A stretch of DNA of 64,000 bases, taken from positions 58,078-122,077 of the forward strand of contig CAZPQJ010000002.1 of assembly GCA_964588955.1 (NCBI GenBank). The letters run 5' to 3'. Numbering within the stretch: position 1 is the first letter of the stretch; each line of letters begins with the position of its first letter. Of this stretch, positions 46,657 through 56,200 are shown one piece after another. A model generated the notes under the pieces. It worked only from the letters and a program-made list of their open reading frames with translations, did not search any database and was not told the origin of the DNA. The position numbers and the translations under genes are program-made. This DNA is from an uncultured Gammaproteobacteria bacterium. GTDB lineage: Bacteria; Patescibacteriota; Patescibacteriia; UBA9934; CAMTUG01.

Positions 46657-47766
46657 ATGATTTTCTTTGTTTTAGGGTCACACCCAGAACTCTCCATTGC
46701 TGAGATTAAAGCTGTCCTTGGAAAAAAGGACGATAAGGGCCTCGTTCACGCGGGCGATGTTCTACTTGTTGATGAAGTAAAAACGTCGTTGCCTAATCTT
46801 CAGGCTCGTCTGGCTGGAACGATTAAGATCGGATCGATTATTGGGTCGCTCCCAAAGTGGAATAAAGAAGATGCCGCTGACTTAATCCGCTCGATGATGC
46901 CTTATGTGGAGGGACGCATTGAGTTTGGTGTCAGCGCCTATGGCAATCATATTTCTCGCAATGTAGAACCGCTCGGGCTTGAGATTAAAAAGAAGTTGAA
47001 GGAAGATGGATTCTCGTGTCGCCTCGTCACTAGCCGAGAGCCGGCATTATCGAGTGTTGTTATTGCAAAGAATCATCTGCTCACTTCTGGTGGTGAATAT
47101 GTATTGATTGAAGCGAATGGGGAGATTTTGATCGGGCAGACAGAAACCATCCAAGACTTTGAAGCATGGAGTACGCGTGACTTTGGTCGTCCGGCGCGCG
47201 ATGCGAAGAGCGGGATGCTTCCCCCAAAGCTTGCCCGCATGATGATCAACCTTACCGGTATTGAACCGGACGGCGCGTCGTTGCTGGATCCGTTTTGTGG
47301 ATCCGGAACCATTTTAATGGAGGCGGGATTGCTCGGATTTTCTGAAATCGTCGGCGGCGACATTAGCGAAAAAGCGTTTAAAGATACGGACAAAAATTTA
47401 CGCTGGGCTTTTGGCGAAAACCACGATGTGCGGTTGTATTTGTCCCCTGCGCAGGATTTACGTCTTGACGGTCGCGTGGACTGCGTGGTGACAGAACCCT
47501 TTTTAGGACGCCCGCAGCGCGGCGAGGAAACAAAAGCAGAACTAGAAACGATGAAGAACGAATTGACCGAACTGTATCTGAAGGTGTTTAAAAACATCCA
47601 CGACTTCATGAAACCGAACGCTATGCTTGTTGTGGCGTTTCCTTTGTTTCGTACAGGATCAGCTATGACAAAACCGCTCCCCGGTTTTACCCTTGAGAAG
47701 CGGTTTGTCTATGAGCGAGAAGGCCAACGTGTGGCGCGCGAAATTCTCGTGCTCAAACGCGTGTAG
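46657..47766 (+). CDS. Trm11-like SAM-dependent RNA methyltransferase
   Basis: GMLPPKLARMMIN, LLDPFCGSGT and TEPFLG motifs. Confidence 0.85.
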   Translation: MIFFVLGSHPELSIAEIKAVLGKKDDKGLVHAGDVLLVDEVKTSLPNLQARLAGTIKIGSIIGSLPKWNKEDAADLIRSMMPYVEGRIEFGVSAYGNHISRNVEPLGLEIKKKLKEDGFSCRLVTSREPALSSVVIAKNHLLTSGGEYVLIEANGEILIGQTETIQDFEAWSTRDFGRPARDAKSGMLPPKLARMMINLTGIEPDGASLLDPFCGSGTILMEAGLLGFSEIVGGDISEKAFKDTDKNLRWAFGENHDVRLYLSPAQDLRLDGRVDCVVTEPFLGRPQRGEETKAELETMKNELTELYLKVFKNIHDFMKPNAMLVVAFPLFRTGSAMTKPLPGFTLEKRFVYEREGQRVAREILVLKRV

Positions 47767-47910
47767 TTACATGTCGTCCTCTTCATCTTCTTCATCCGCC
47801 TCGTCTTCGTCCTCGCCTTCCTCACCCATACCCTCCATCTCATCCTCGGTATCATCGTCGCTGACGAGTCCGGAGTTAAAGTCGTCGTCATCACCCATGA
47901 ACATGTTCAT
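47767..47910 (-). CDS. 47-aa hyperacidic microprotein
   Basis: MNMFMGDDDDFNSGLVSDDDTEDEMEGMGEEGEDEDEADEEDEEDDM; TTGCGA-17-TATAGT promoter at 47970-47942. Confidence 0.65.
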   Translation of the reverse strand: MNMFMGDDDDFNSGLVSDDDTEDEMEGMGEEGEDEDEADEEDEEDDM

Positions 47911-48010
47911 AGATTTTTTCCGTTAGTTTTTAGCGCTGGTAACTATAATAAACTGAGAAAAAAATCGCAACTCGTGTCAAGCCCTCGGAAGACGCGGTGG
48001 TCAAAAATTC

Positions 48011-49084
48011 CTAAACCCCCACTTTAAAGTGACAGGTGTCGCCGTCACGCATCACGTACTCTTTTCCCTCTGTGCGTAGTTTGCCAGCAGCTTTGGCTCC
48101 AGACTCTCCCAGCTCTACAAAATCTTTCCAATTGATAATTTCCGCGCAAATAAAGGCTTTTTCAAAGTCTGTGTGAATGACCCCGGCAGCTTGTGGGGCT
48201 TTGGTGCCTTTTTCGATTGTCCAGGCGCGGGATTCTTTTTCGCCGCTCGTGAAGTAGGTGATTAGATTTAGAAGCTCGTAGCCTTTTTTGATCACCCGAT
48301 CAAGGCCGGATTCGTTAAGTCCAAGCTCGGCCATAAACGCCGCCGCTTCTTCTTTGGGTAAGTCGACAAGTTCGGATTCGATTTTGACCGAGAGCGGAAT
48401 CGCCAAACGACCAGATCCGAGTGGAGAAGTCCAGTTAGGATCAGCTGCCGAGGTTTCATCAACGTTGACGATATACAAAATCGGTTTGGCGGTCAGAAGG
48501 GACAAGCTTTTGATCATCTTTTTTTCCTCTTCATCCATCTCCACCGTGATCGCCATCTTTCCCGCGGCTAACACGGGCTGGATACGCTCAAGCAAGGCTA
48601 ACTCTTTTTCTAAGTCCTTCGTTTTCCCTGCTTTCATTTTCGACTGCACCGTGCCAATGTATTTTTCTAAGGTATTCAAGTCGGCCGTAGCCAGTTCAAT
48701 TTCAATTACCTCCACGTCGCGGATTGGATCCACGGAGCCATCGACGTGGGTGACGTTAGGATCAGCAAAGGCGCGCACCACATGGGCGATCGCGTCGACT
48801 TCGCGAATGTGCGAAAGAAATTTGTTGCCAAGCCCCTCCCCTTTGCTGGCGCCTCTGACGATTCCGGCAATGTCTACAAACTCAATCGCCGTGGCTACGG
48901 TTTTTTCTGATTTGGATTTAGCGGAAAGTTGATGCAAGCGATCGTCTGGTACCTCTACAATTCCTACGTTTGGTTCGATGGTACAAAACGGAAAATTCTC
49001 GCAAGGCACCTGTTTTTTGGTGAGCGTTTTGAAAAGGGTAGATTTTCCGACGTTGGGCAGGCCAACGATGCCGATTTGTAACAT
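48011..49084 (-). CDS. ychF: redox-regulated ATPase YchF
   Basis: GLPNVGKST, NFPFCTIEPN, DIAG, GEGLGNKFL and APQAAGVIHTDF motifs. Confidence 0.96.
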   Translation of the reverse strand: MLQIGIVGLPNVGKSTLFKTLTKKQVPCENFPFCTIEPNVGIVEVPDDRLHQLSAKSKSEKTVATAIEFVDIAGIVRGASKGEGLGNKFLSHIREVDAIAHVVRAFADPNVTHVDGSVDPIRDVEVIEIELATADLNTLEKYIGTVQSKMKAGKTKDLEKELALLERIQPVLAAGKMAITVEMDEEEKKMIKSLSLLTAKPILYIVNVDETSAADPNWTSPLGSGRLAIPLSVKIESELVDLPKEEAAAFMAELGLNESGLDRVIKKGYELLNLITYFTSGEKESRAWTIEKGTKAPQAAGVIHTDFEKAFICAEIINWKDFVELGESGAKAAGKLRTEGKEYVMRDGDTCHFKVGV

Positions 49085-49258
49085 AGAATATGTATAGACG
49101 AGAGCGTTCGCTTTGATGTTTGGCGAGTATAACGATACGTCGGCGAAAAAGCAATTTTAAGACTGATTTATCCACTTGATTTTTGTCTGAAAACTTGCTA
49201 AGCTTGTCGGTACCAGTACGCTACATGCTCCAACATGTGGATATTTTTTTCTCAACCT

Positions 49259-49534
49259 ATGGTTACGCGGCAGGAAGTACACGAAATTGTCGAGTCCAGC
49301 GCGAGCGAACAAGCGGACTTGTTCAAAGAATCGTTTAATCAACTCACGGATAGAATGGACGGGTTTGAACTAGGGTTATCAGATTTACGCACAGAAATGC
49401 GGCAAGGGTTTGCTTCACTCAATAAAACAATGAATCGCGTTTTAGATCTTCTCGGTGATCAAATGAGTGAAACGAAAAGTTTGAAAGGAAGAATGGATCG
49501 TTTTGAACAAGCCTATCCGCTGTCTGCGACCTAG
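49259..49534 (+). CDS. small coiled-coil protein
   Basis: heptad pattern (LTDRMDGFELGLSDLRTEMRQGF). Confidence 0.7.
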   Translation: MVTRQEVHEIVESSASEQADLFKESFNQLTDRMDGFELGLSDLRTEMRQGFASLNKTMNRVLDLLGDQMSETKSLKGRMDRFEQAYPLSAT

Positions 49535-49581
49535 ACATCTTGACGTCTTTGCTGAGAAAGCGTATCTTTTCGGCACGTCAT

Positions 49582-49657
49582 GGGCCGTTAGCTCAGTTGG
49601 TAGAGCGCTTCCATGGCATGGAAGAGGTCAAGAGTTCGAATCTCTTACGGTCCACCA
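49582..49657 (+). tRNA. tRNA-Ala(GGC)
   Basis: cloverleaf, anticodon GGC, G3:U70 pair, encoded CCA. Confidence 0.96.
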
Positions 49658-49704
49658 AAAACACCCCGGCATTATGCCGAGGCGTTTTTGTTTTTTCTCG
49701 TAGG

Positions 49705-52119
49705 TTACGGGGTTGGTTGCTGGTCGTCCGGATTGGTAGCTGACGTTTCTCCAGATTCGATTGGCTCAGGAATTCCTTCTGTGGTTTGACCGGACTGTAG
49801 GCGTTCCAATTTAGTTTTGACAAGGGCGTTGTCTGGATTGACCTCTGCCACTTTACTTACTTGCTCAATCGCTTTGTCGATCATCCCCTTTTGTTCGTAA
49901 ATGGCTGCCAGGAACCAACGGGCGTTGGCATAGGTTGGCTCGAGTTGTATGGCACGTTCAAGTTCAGCCTGAGCGAGATCGGTTTTTCCTTGGCGCAAAT
50001 AGAGCAGGCCAAGCTGGAAGGCAACGCCCACGTCGAGGGGATTATATTGTTTGACCGCTTCCATTTTGGTGATGGCGTCTGCCAAGCGTCCTTGCAATTG
50101 GTAGACAACGGCCAATTGATAATGTGCTGGCGCGTAGTCGGATTTAAGAGTGATGGCTTGGGTAAAGGCCCCTTCGGCTTTTGTCAGATCATCGGTAATG
50201 GTTTGTTGATCTTCCGCGCTGACAGCCGTTTTGGCAGTAGTGGCTTTTGATTGGATGATTTGGGCGAAGGTGAGATAGCTTTGACCAAGGTTGGTTGGGT
50301 GTGTGGGGTTGGTGGGTTCCAACACACTGGCTCGCGTGAAAGCTTCCACGGCAAACGGTTCGGCGCTTTGGTCGAGCGAAGAGACCTCACGGTATAAGGA
50401 TCCGAGTACGGTCCAATTGGCAACATTGTTTGGATTCAAGACCGTTGCTTGTTTGGCAGCATTGATGCTGAGTGCAGTCAGCTGGAGTAGCTGTTGCGAC
50501 GTTTCTGAAGAAACATTTTCCTCCGACAATCCTTTTTGTACACGCAGCAAAAGTGCTTGAGAAAGATTGCGATAGTAGACGTCGGAAAGTCGATTGAAGG
50601 TTGCTGCCGTGTTAAGTCTCTGAATAATTTGGTCTAAATCTCCTGCAGAACGATCAAGAGCGACGGCTTGGGCAAAGGCTATTTCGGCCGCATAGCGCTG
50701 GCTGGTTATAAACAGCCCCGTTACGATACCAACGGCCAAGAGTACAAAGAGAAAAGACGACAGTAATCCCGCCCGTGGTGATTGGGTAAAGGAAAGCGAT
50801 GACGACTTTTGCGCTAGATGGCGCACGAGTAACGCAGACAGCATCCAGAAAAAGAACAGGAGAGTCATGGTTGTGGAATACAATGCCATGGCCACAACAA
50901 GCGAACTCCAGGCGGCGAAGACGGCGAAGAGCACGCCGTCGTTATCGCTCTTGCGTCGGACAATATGATGCAGCGTCTTGGTGGCCAAAACGAAAATGAA
51001 CAGCAAGAACAATCCTGTACCGACAAGGCCGATTGTTGGCAAGAGGGTAAGAATATGTGAGGAGGCGCGATCGAACGGTGTCGACCAAAAAGTCGTGGCG
51101 TTCAAGTTCGTCGGGCGAAAGCTGTTGAAGTCTTGCTGGTAGCTTCCCGGACCAGATCCAAAGAGAAGTGTGTTTCCACTAAGGGTTTGTTTGCCAATCT
51201 CCCAGCTCGTCTTTTGGCTCAGTGTAACCTCTGGAATAGCTCCAAGGTGAAAGGGGGAAGGAAGAAAAAGAAACAGCAAGGCAACGACAAATAGTCCCAT
51301 TGGTAAAACAACGTGGCCGTGCGTTTGTGCTTGTTCCGTGCGTGAAAGCGCGAAGACAAATAACAAGGCGACGCCGACCAAGAGAATCACCCATAGCACC
51401 CAATAATCTAAAGCGATGAAAACGACGAGGGAGAGGGCGGTGAGAACGAAAGTGAGAATACGGGCGAAACGATGGAGAGAAATGGAATCACCAAGCCACG
51501 GCTTGTCTTGTAGAAGGAGTCCGTTTCCAAGAATGACCGCCCCAATAAGGAAAATAGCTGCCGCGTTTAATGTACCAATGGTGTTGGCGGCGGTGCCCGA
51601 TTGCCCAAGTAGACCGAGTACAGGAACCCCGCATAGTTGTAGGGTAAGCTGGATGGCGACGAGGGTGGCGGAAGCAAGTACGGCGAGTAGGAGTCGGCGG
51701 GTGTCGTGTTGCTGTTCGTTATTGTTGCTTATGAGTAAGAAGAAAATGAAGAAAAATGCCGTCGTGAGAACGCTGGCGTACTGCTGTCCTGCTTGTCCAA
51801 TCCAGGTATTGAAATAGCCGCCGGATAATTCCGCTGAAAGAATACTAGCGAGCAGAAACAGTGCCGGCACAATCACCACCAGGCCGCGTTTGATGGTGAG
51901 CTCTCGACGTGTGATGACACTGCCAAGCCAGGCCAGAGCAGACAAGCAGACAAAAAATGTCAGCAGTGTTTGTTTGTTAACTTCCAGCGGGTCGACGGTA
52001 AGCGGAAGGATGCACAGGGGGAGGAGAAACACGAGAGCAATCAGCAACCAACGCACTACAGGTTCGTAAGCACGCGCGAGGTTGCGAAAACGTGAAGCGG
52101 ACGTTTCCATAATGAACAA
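49705..52119 (-). CDS. multi-TM O-antigen-ligase-like protein with C-terminal TPR repeats
   Basis: about 12 TM segments, FGSGPGSY loop, TPRs (APAHYQLA, YANARWFLA). Confidence 0.8.
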   Translation of the reverse strand: MFIMETSASRFRNLARAYEPVVRWLLIALVFLLPLCILPLTVDPLEVNKQTLLTFFVCLSALAWLGSVITRRELTIKRGLVVIVPALFLLASILSAELSGGYFNTWIGQAGQQYASVLTTAFFFIFFLLISNNNEQQHDTRRLLLAVLASATLVAIQLTLQLCGVPVLGLLGQSGTAANTIGTLNAAAIFLIGAVILGNGLLLQDKPWLGDSISLHRFARILTFVLTALSLVVFIALDYWVLWVILLVGVALLFVFALSRTEQAQTHGHVVLPMGLFVVALLFLFLPSPFHLGAIPEVTLSQKTSWEIGKQTLSGNTLLFGSGPGSYQQDFNSFRPTNLNATTFWSTPFDRASSHILTLLPTIGLVGTGLFLLFIFVLATKTLHHIVRRKSDNDGVLFAVFAAWSSLVVAMALYSTTMTLLFFFWMLSALLVRHLAQKSSSLSFTQSPRAGLLSSFLFVLLAVGIVTGLFITSQRYAAEIAFAQAVALDRSAGDLDQIIQRLNTAATFNRLSDVYYRNLSQALLLRVQKGLSEENVSSETSQQLLQLTALSINAAKQATVLNPNNVANWTVLGSLYREVSSLDQSAEPFAVEAFTRASVLEPTNPTHPTNLGQSYLTFAQIIQSKATTAKTAVSAEDQQTITDDLTKAEGAFTQAITLKSDYAPAHYQLAVVYQLQGRLADAITKMEAVKQYNPLDVGVAFQLGLLYLRQGKTDLAQAELERAIQLEPTYANARWFLAAIYEQKGMIDKAIEQVSKVAEVNPDNALVKTKLERLQSGQTTEGIPEPIESGETSATNPDDQQPTP

Positions 52120-52243
52120 GACGAATTATGAACGTTAATGCGATTAGTATAACACAACGCGGCTGACTTTGGCGGCGTTTCCGTGTTTTATGGATTGACA
52201 AAGATGAAAAAAGTGTTCTATAGTTTAATAGGAGGAGTCGCAC

Positions 52244-53221
52244 ATGCGTAAACTCATGGCTGCTGTCGCGGCACTCTGCGCGACGCTACTGGGCGATCAA
52301 GTTCCCTCTCACAGTGGGACTGCGACGAACGTGTCGCAGTGTCCGGTAGGGATGGTTCTTGTGCGCGACACGGAAGACACGTTCTGTATTCACGCGCACG
52401 AACCGTCTGTTCGTGGAAACTTCGGAAGCGATTTGCAGGGAGTGGCGGGTGCGATTCCTCCGAAGGGGGTCGTGATCACGTCTTCGCCTGGGGTCGTGCC
52501 CACCGTTGGCTATTCCTTCAGTCAGGCGCGAGCGTTCTGCACCATGCAGGGGGAGGGCTGGCACCTGGCCACGCTAAAGGAGTGGTTGAAAGCAGCCGGA
52601 CAGATTGATGAAACGGCAGCGACAGCCAACTGCAACATCAGCAACAAGTCCCGTTCGCTGATGCCGACAGGCAGCTTCCCTCTGTGCAAGAGTTCTTGGG
52701 GGGCAGTCGACATGGTCGGCAATGCGTGGGAGTGGGCAGATCCTCGAGCGAACGTCAGTACGCAAGCTTTCATGAAGATGGCCGAAGGGTCACACTTCGT
52801 GATTCGCACGGCCGCTACTGGCGTGGTTCAGATGGACACCTTCACCTTCGCGCATCTGAAGCGTGATATCGTCGGTTTCGCCAACGTCCATGCTGGACTC
52901 GATCCGGACGGGACTTACGTCTTGTCTACGGAAGGTGCGGAGTGGGATTGGCGCAACCGTCCGATTGGATACCTCGCCTACCGCGACGGAATCGGTTCAG
53001 AGGGGAATCCGGCAAATGACCTGCCGGTCGAAGTCGTCCGCGATCCGAACATTCCTCGACGTGCCTATCTGCGAATCGCGGGTGATCTGGATGGGCAACC
53101 CATCACCGCCAAAGTCGGTGGTGCCCACTACCTGGGCATGCCGAAAGCCGTGTCTTACGGACATACGGCGAATTTCAAGGGTACGATCCTTGGTCGCTGT
53201 GTAGCCCCGCCCATCAACTAG
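52244..53221 (+). CDS. secreted FGE-sulfatase/SUMF1-like (CLec-fold) protein
   Basis: CPVGMV, ARAFC, EW.KAA, CKSSWGAVDMVGNAWEW, GG and GRC motifs; AGGAGGAG SD; TTGACA-18-TATAGT promoter. Confidence 0.8.
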   Translation: MRKLMAAVAALCATLLGDQVPSHSGTATNVSQCPVGMVLVRDTEDTFCIHAHEPSVRGNFGSDLQGVAGAIPPKGVVITSSPGVVPTVGYSFSQARAFCTMQGEGWHLATLKEWLKAAGQIDETAATANCNISNKSRSLMPTGSFPLCKSSWGAVDMVGNAWEWADPRANVSTQAFMKMAEGSHFVIRTAATGVVQMDTFTFAHLKRDIVGFANVHAGLDPDGTYVLSTEGAEWDWRNRPIGYLAYRDGIGSEGNPANDLPVEVVRDPNIPRRAYLRIAGDLDGQPITAKVGGAHYLGMPKAVSYGHTANFKGTILGRCVAPPIN

Positions 53222-53241
53222 CGCAACTTCATGCGCCGAAA

Positions 53242-53280
53242 AGACCGCCATCCCTCTCGGGACGGCGGTCGAACTTTTTT
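53242..53280. terminator. terminator between convergent genes
   Basis: GACCGCC...GGCGGTC plus T-run. Confidence 0.6.
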
Positions 53281-53285
53281 ATGTT

Positions 53286-56200
53286 TTACGGGGTTGGGGC
53301 TGTGTCCGCGCTTGTGTCTGGCGCGGGTGGAACTGAATCGGTCGGTGCGGCATCCGTCGGAGTGTCAGAGGAAGAACTGACGGGGTCCGCTGATTCTGTT
53401 GGTTCAGTTGATGTCGTTGTGTCCGCTGTGTCTGTTGTTGGCTCAGTGGTGGGTGTGTCAGAAGGGGGTGCTGTGTCCGCCGACGTCTCTGACAGTGCCG
53501 GTTCTTCCGTCGACGTCTCTGACGGTGTGACTTCCGGAGTCGTGGTCGGCACCAATGCTTCGGACGGCTCGTAGCCGTTACGGTAAGCAATCACCAACCA
53601 ATCAAAGCTAACGTCTGAAGATCCACCAGATTCCTGCACCGAGAATCCATTATTATCTTTTTCACTCACGTACAACGGATCCGTCGGACCGTTGGCAGTA
53701 ACGAGTACGCGGATTTCTGCCACCGGCGAAATGATGTCGTTGAAGTTGGGATCGATATCTTCAAAGTCGATCTGTGCTTCGCCATTGTTGAGCTCGCTCG
53801 TTCCAGAAAGGGTGATGGTTGTTTGTGGAGACATGGTGGCAGTAACTGTTGCCGTGCCGCCTTGAAGGGTGTCGACTTCGGCAGTGTAAGTCTTTGTTGT
53901 AATAAATGTACCATCTTCCTCCACGCTCCAGTTGTCGGCAATACCAACCAATCGGCCAATGTTAATGATTTGATGACCGTTCAAGTAGAGGTCGCCGTCG
54001 AGGCTCAGTGAAGAAAGACTTCCACTGTGCGTGTCGGAAGCTGTGTTGACTGAGGCGGAGTCATTCACAATTTGGCCGGCACCATAGCGCACAAAGACTT
54101 GGATGGTTCCTTGGCCAGACGTAAGACTGCTGAGGGCTGTAGCGACGATCGCTTCCCCGCTGTTTGCTTTGCGGGCAAATCCAGGAGTGCTCGATGGGGT
54201 GAGGGCATCCCCAGGAGCGATTGGGCCGTTTTCATCGTTCACATGCAAAGGAACACGTCCATTCAAGGCCACAGGCTGTGGATGCTCGGCTTGCTCCTTA
54301 AGATCAGATCCAATCACCTGGATTGGCGAGGTGGAGATGATGCCGAAGGTTTTGCTTCCAGAAGCAGAGCTTGCCAAGGTAAGGATAGGTAGTGTTTTTT
54401 GGGAAGTGGCTCGCAAGATTTCTCCCGTAAACGCGTTACTTTCATTGGCTGTGTAGGTGATCGTTTGGTCGGAAAGGGCTACCACATCTCCAGCCGCAAC
54501 GGAGCCGTCTGTTTCATACCACTCGGCAAAGTCAGCGGGGGCACCGCTACAAGCTACAATGTCGCGTGTTGCATCTGTGGCGGCGTCGACGTTGGCACCG
54601 GAGTGACACAAACCGTTGGTGGTTGCCGTACCGTTTAAGTTAACGGATGTGATACCTGTTGATGCGACGGCGAACTTTCCACTGTTAACCGTAATGGCCG
54701 TGTCCCATCCGTTGCCAATAACAATACCCTGTTCTGTTCCAGCGCCAGGGGTGGTGATTGTACCGATGTTTAGTCCGATCATTGTGCCAGCGGCCGGACC
54801 AGTTGTTGGCGCTGTGATATTAATTCCGGTTTCTTGTCCACCAGTAGTAATTGCGCCAGTGTCTGGGAAAGCAATGTTTACCCCGTTTGCCTGTACACTG
54901 CCGGTTGTTTGAGTGATGGCGGGAATTGTAGCAAGATAGCCGTTCCAGGTAATCGCTCCAGCAGCGGTGTTCTGCGTGATTGCTGCACCGCTGAGCGCGC
55001 TGTATGCCGTAAGTCCTTCTGTGCCGCCGCCTGAACGTGTTCCGCCTAGCGTGGTAACGACTGCTCCCTTGATGAATTGGTTATTGGCCCCTGTCAGGTT
55101 CGTCGACATGTCTAAGTTAAGACCAGTGAGGCCGCCGGTTTGCGTGGTTGCCCCTCCAAAGGCCGTATTCAGAAGAGTGCCGCTCGTTGTTCTGGCGGCA
55201 AGGCTGAGGAGCGTGTTAGACGTGACGTTAGTGCCCGTGAGTGTGAGTGCTGTGGCGTTTGTTGATGGGGTAATGTTGAGGGCGCCGTTGCCGTCGAAAT
55301 AGAAGCCATTACCGGAAATGCCAATGTCCCAACCTGTACCGAGCGAGATCCCCGTAGAGTTAATGGTTCCTCCACCGGCGTCGGTAAGGGCGCCGATAGA
55401 AATGCCGTTTACAAAATCCGTTCCGCTTGTCGTGGCCGTAAAGGCGTCCACGGCCAGAACGGAATAGGTGTCACTACCGTTACCTGTATACGATGGCACA
55501 AGATGCAAAAGATTATTCGTACTATTGGTTGCACCAAAGGTGAGAGAAAGGCCGTCAACGTTTGCCGTGGTCGTGGCTTGACCAGTGTTGGTGATAGAGA
55601 GCATGTCGACAGTTGGAGCATCGGCGGCAGCGATATTGACGCTGTCAGAATAATCACCAACAACGGAGAAAAGATTGTCCCAGCGTGTTCCCGTTGCGCC
55701 AATATCGGCCGATCCCGCGCCAAGCTGCGGCAAGAAGTCATCATCGGTGCCAAGCTGAACCGTGCCAGAGGAATCGAGGGTGAAGGTGCCTGTGGAGACA
55801 ATGGAGTTATCTAAAAAGTTGGTCGTCCCTGAAGCACCGGCGCTAAACCCAATATCGCTGAAGACTTCGCCGTCACCTTCAACGCGGAAGATGTCGTTAT
55901 TTGCTCCTCCAAAGTCGTCTTGAAGGAGGATGAGATCAGCCGCAGCGGCTGTCTCGCCGGTGTCGATAAATAAGGCACGACCAGAGTCGTCAGTAAAGTT
56001 GCCGGTAGTAATTTTAAGCGCTTGGCCAGTGGTAAGCGAAGGCGCGGCGATATCGACGGTATTCGCCGTTGTTGCAAAACTGGCAGTTCCACTGATGAGG
56101 GATCCATTACCAGCGTGTGTTATAAGTAACACGTTGTCTGTGTTTGTTGCGCTGGTATTTCTGGCAAAAATTGCATCACCAAGACCGGCTTGAGTTACTC

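Noticed and set aside
52244-53221. Complete diversity-generating retroelement
   Set aside because: A CLec-fold gene is present, but there is no reverse transcriptase, Avd or template repeat in the window.
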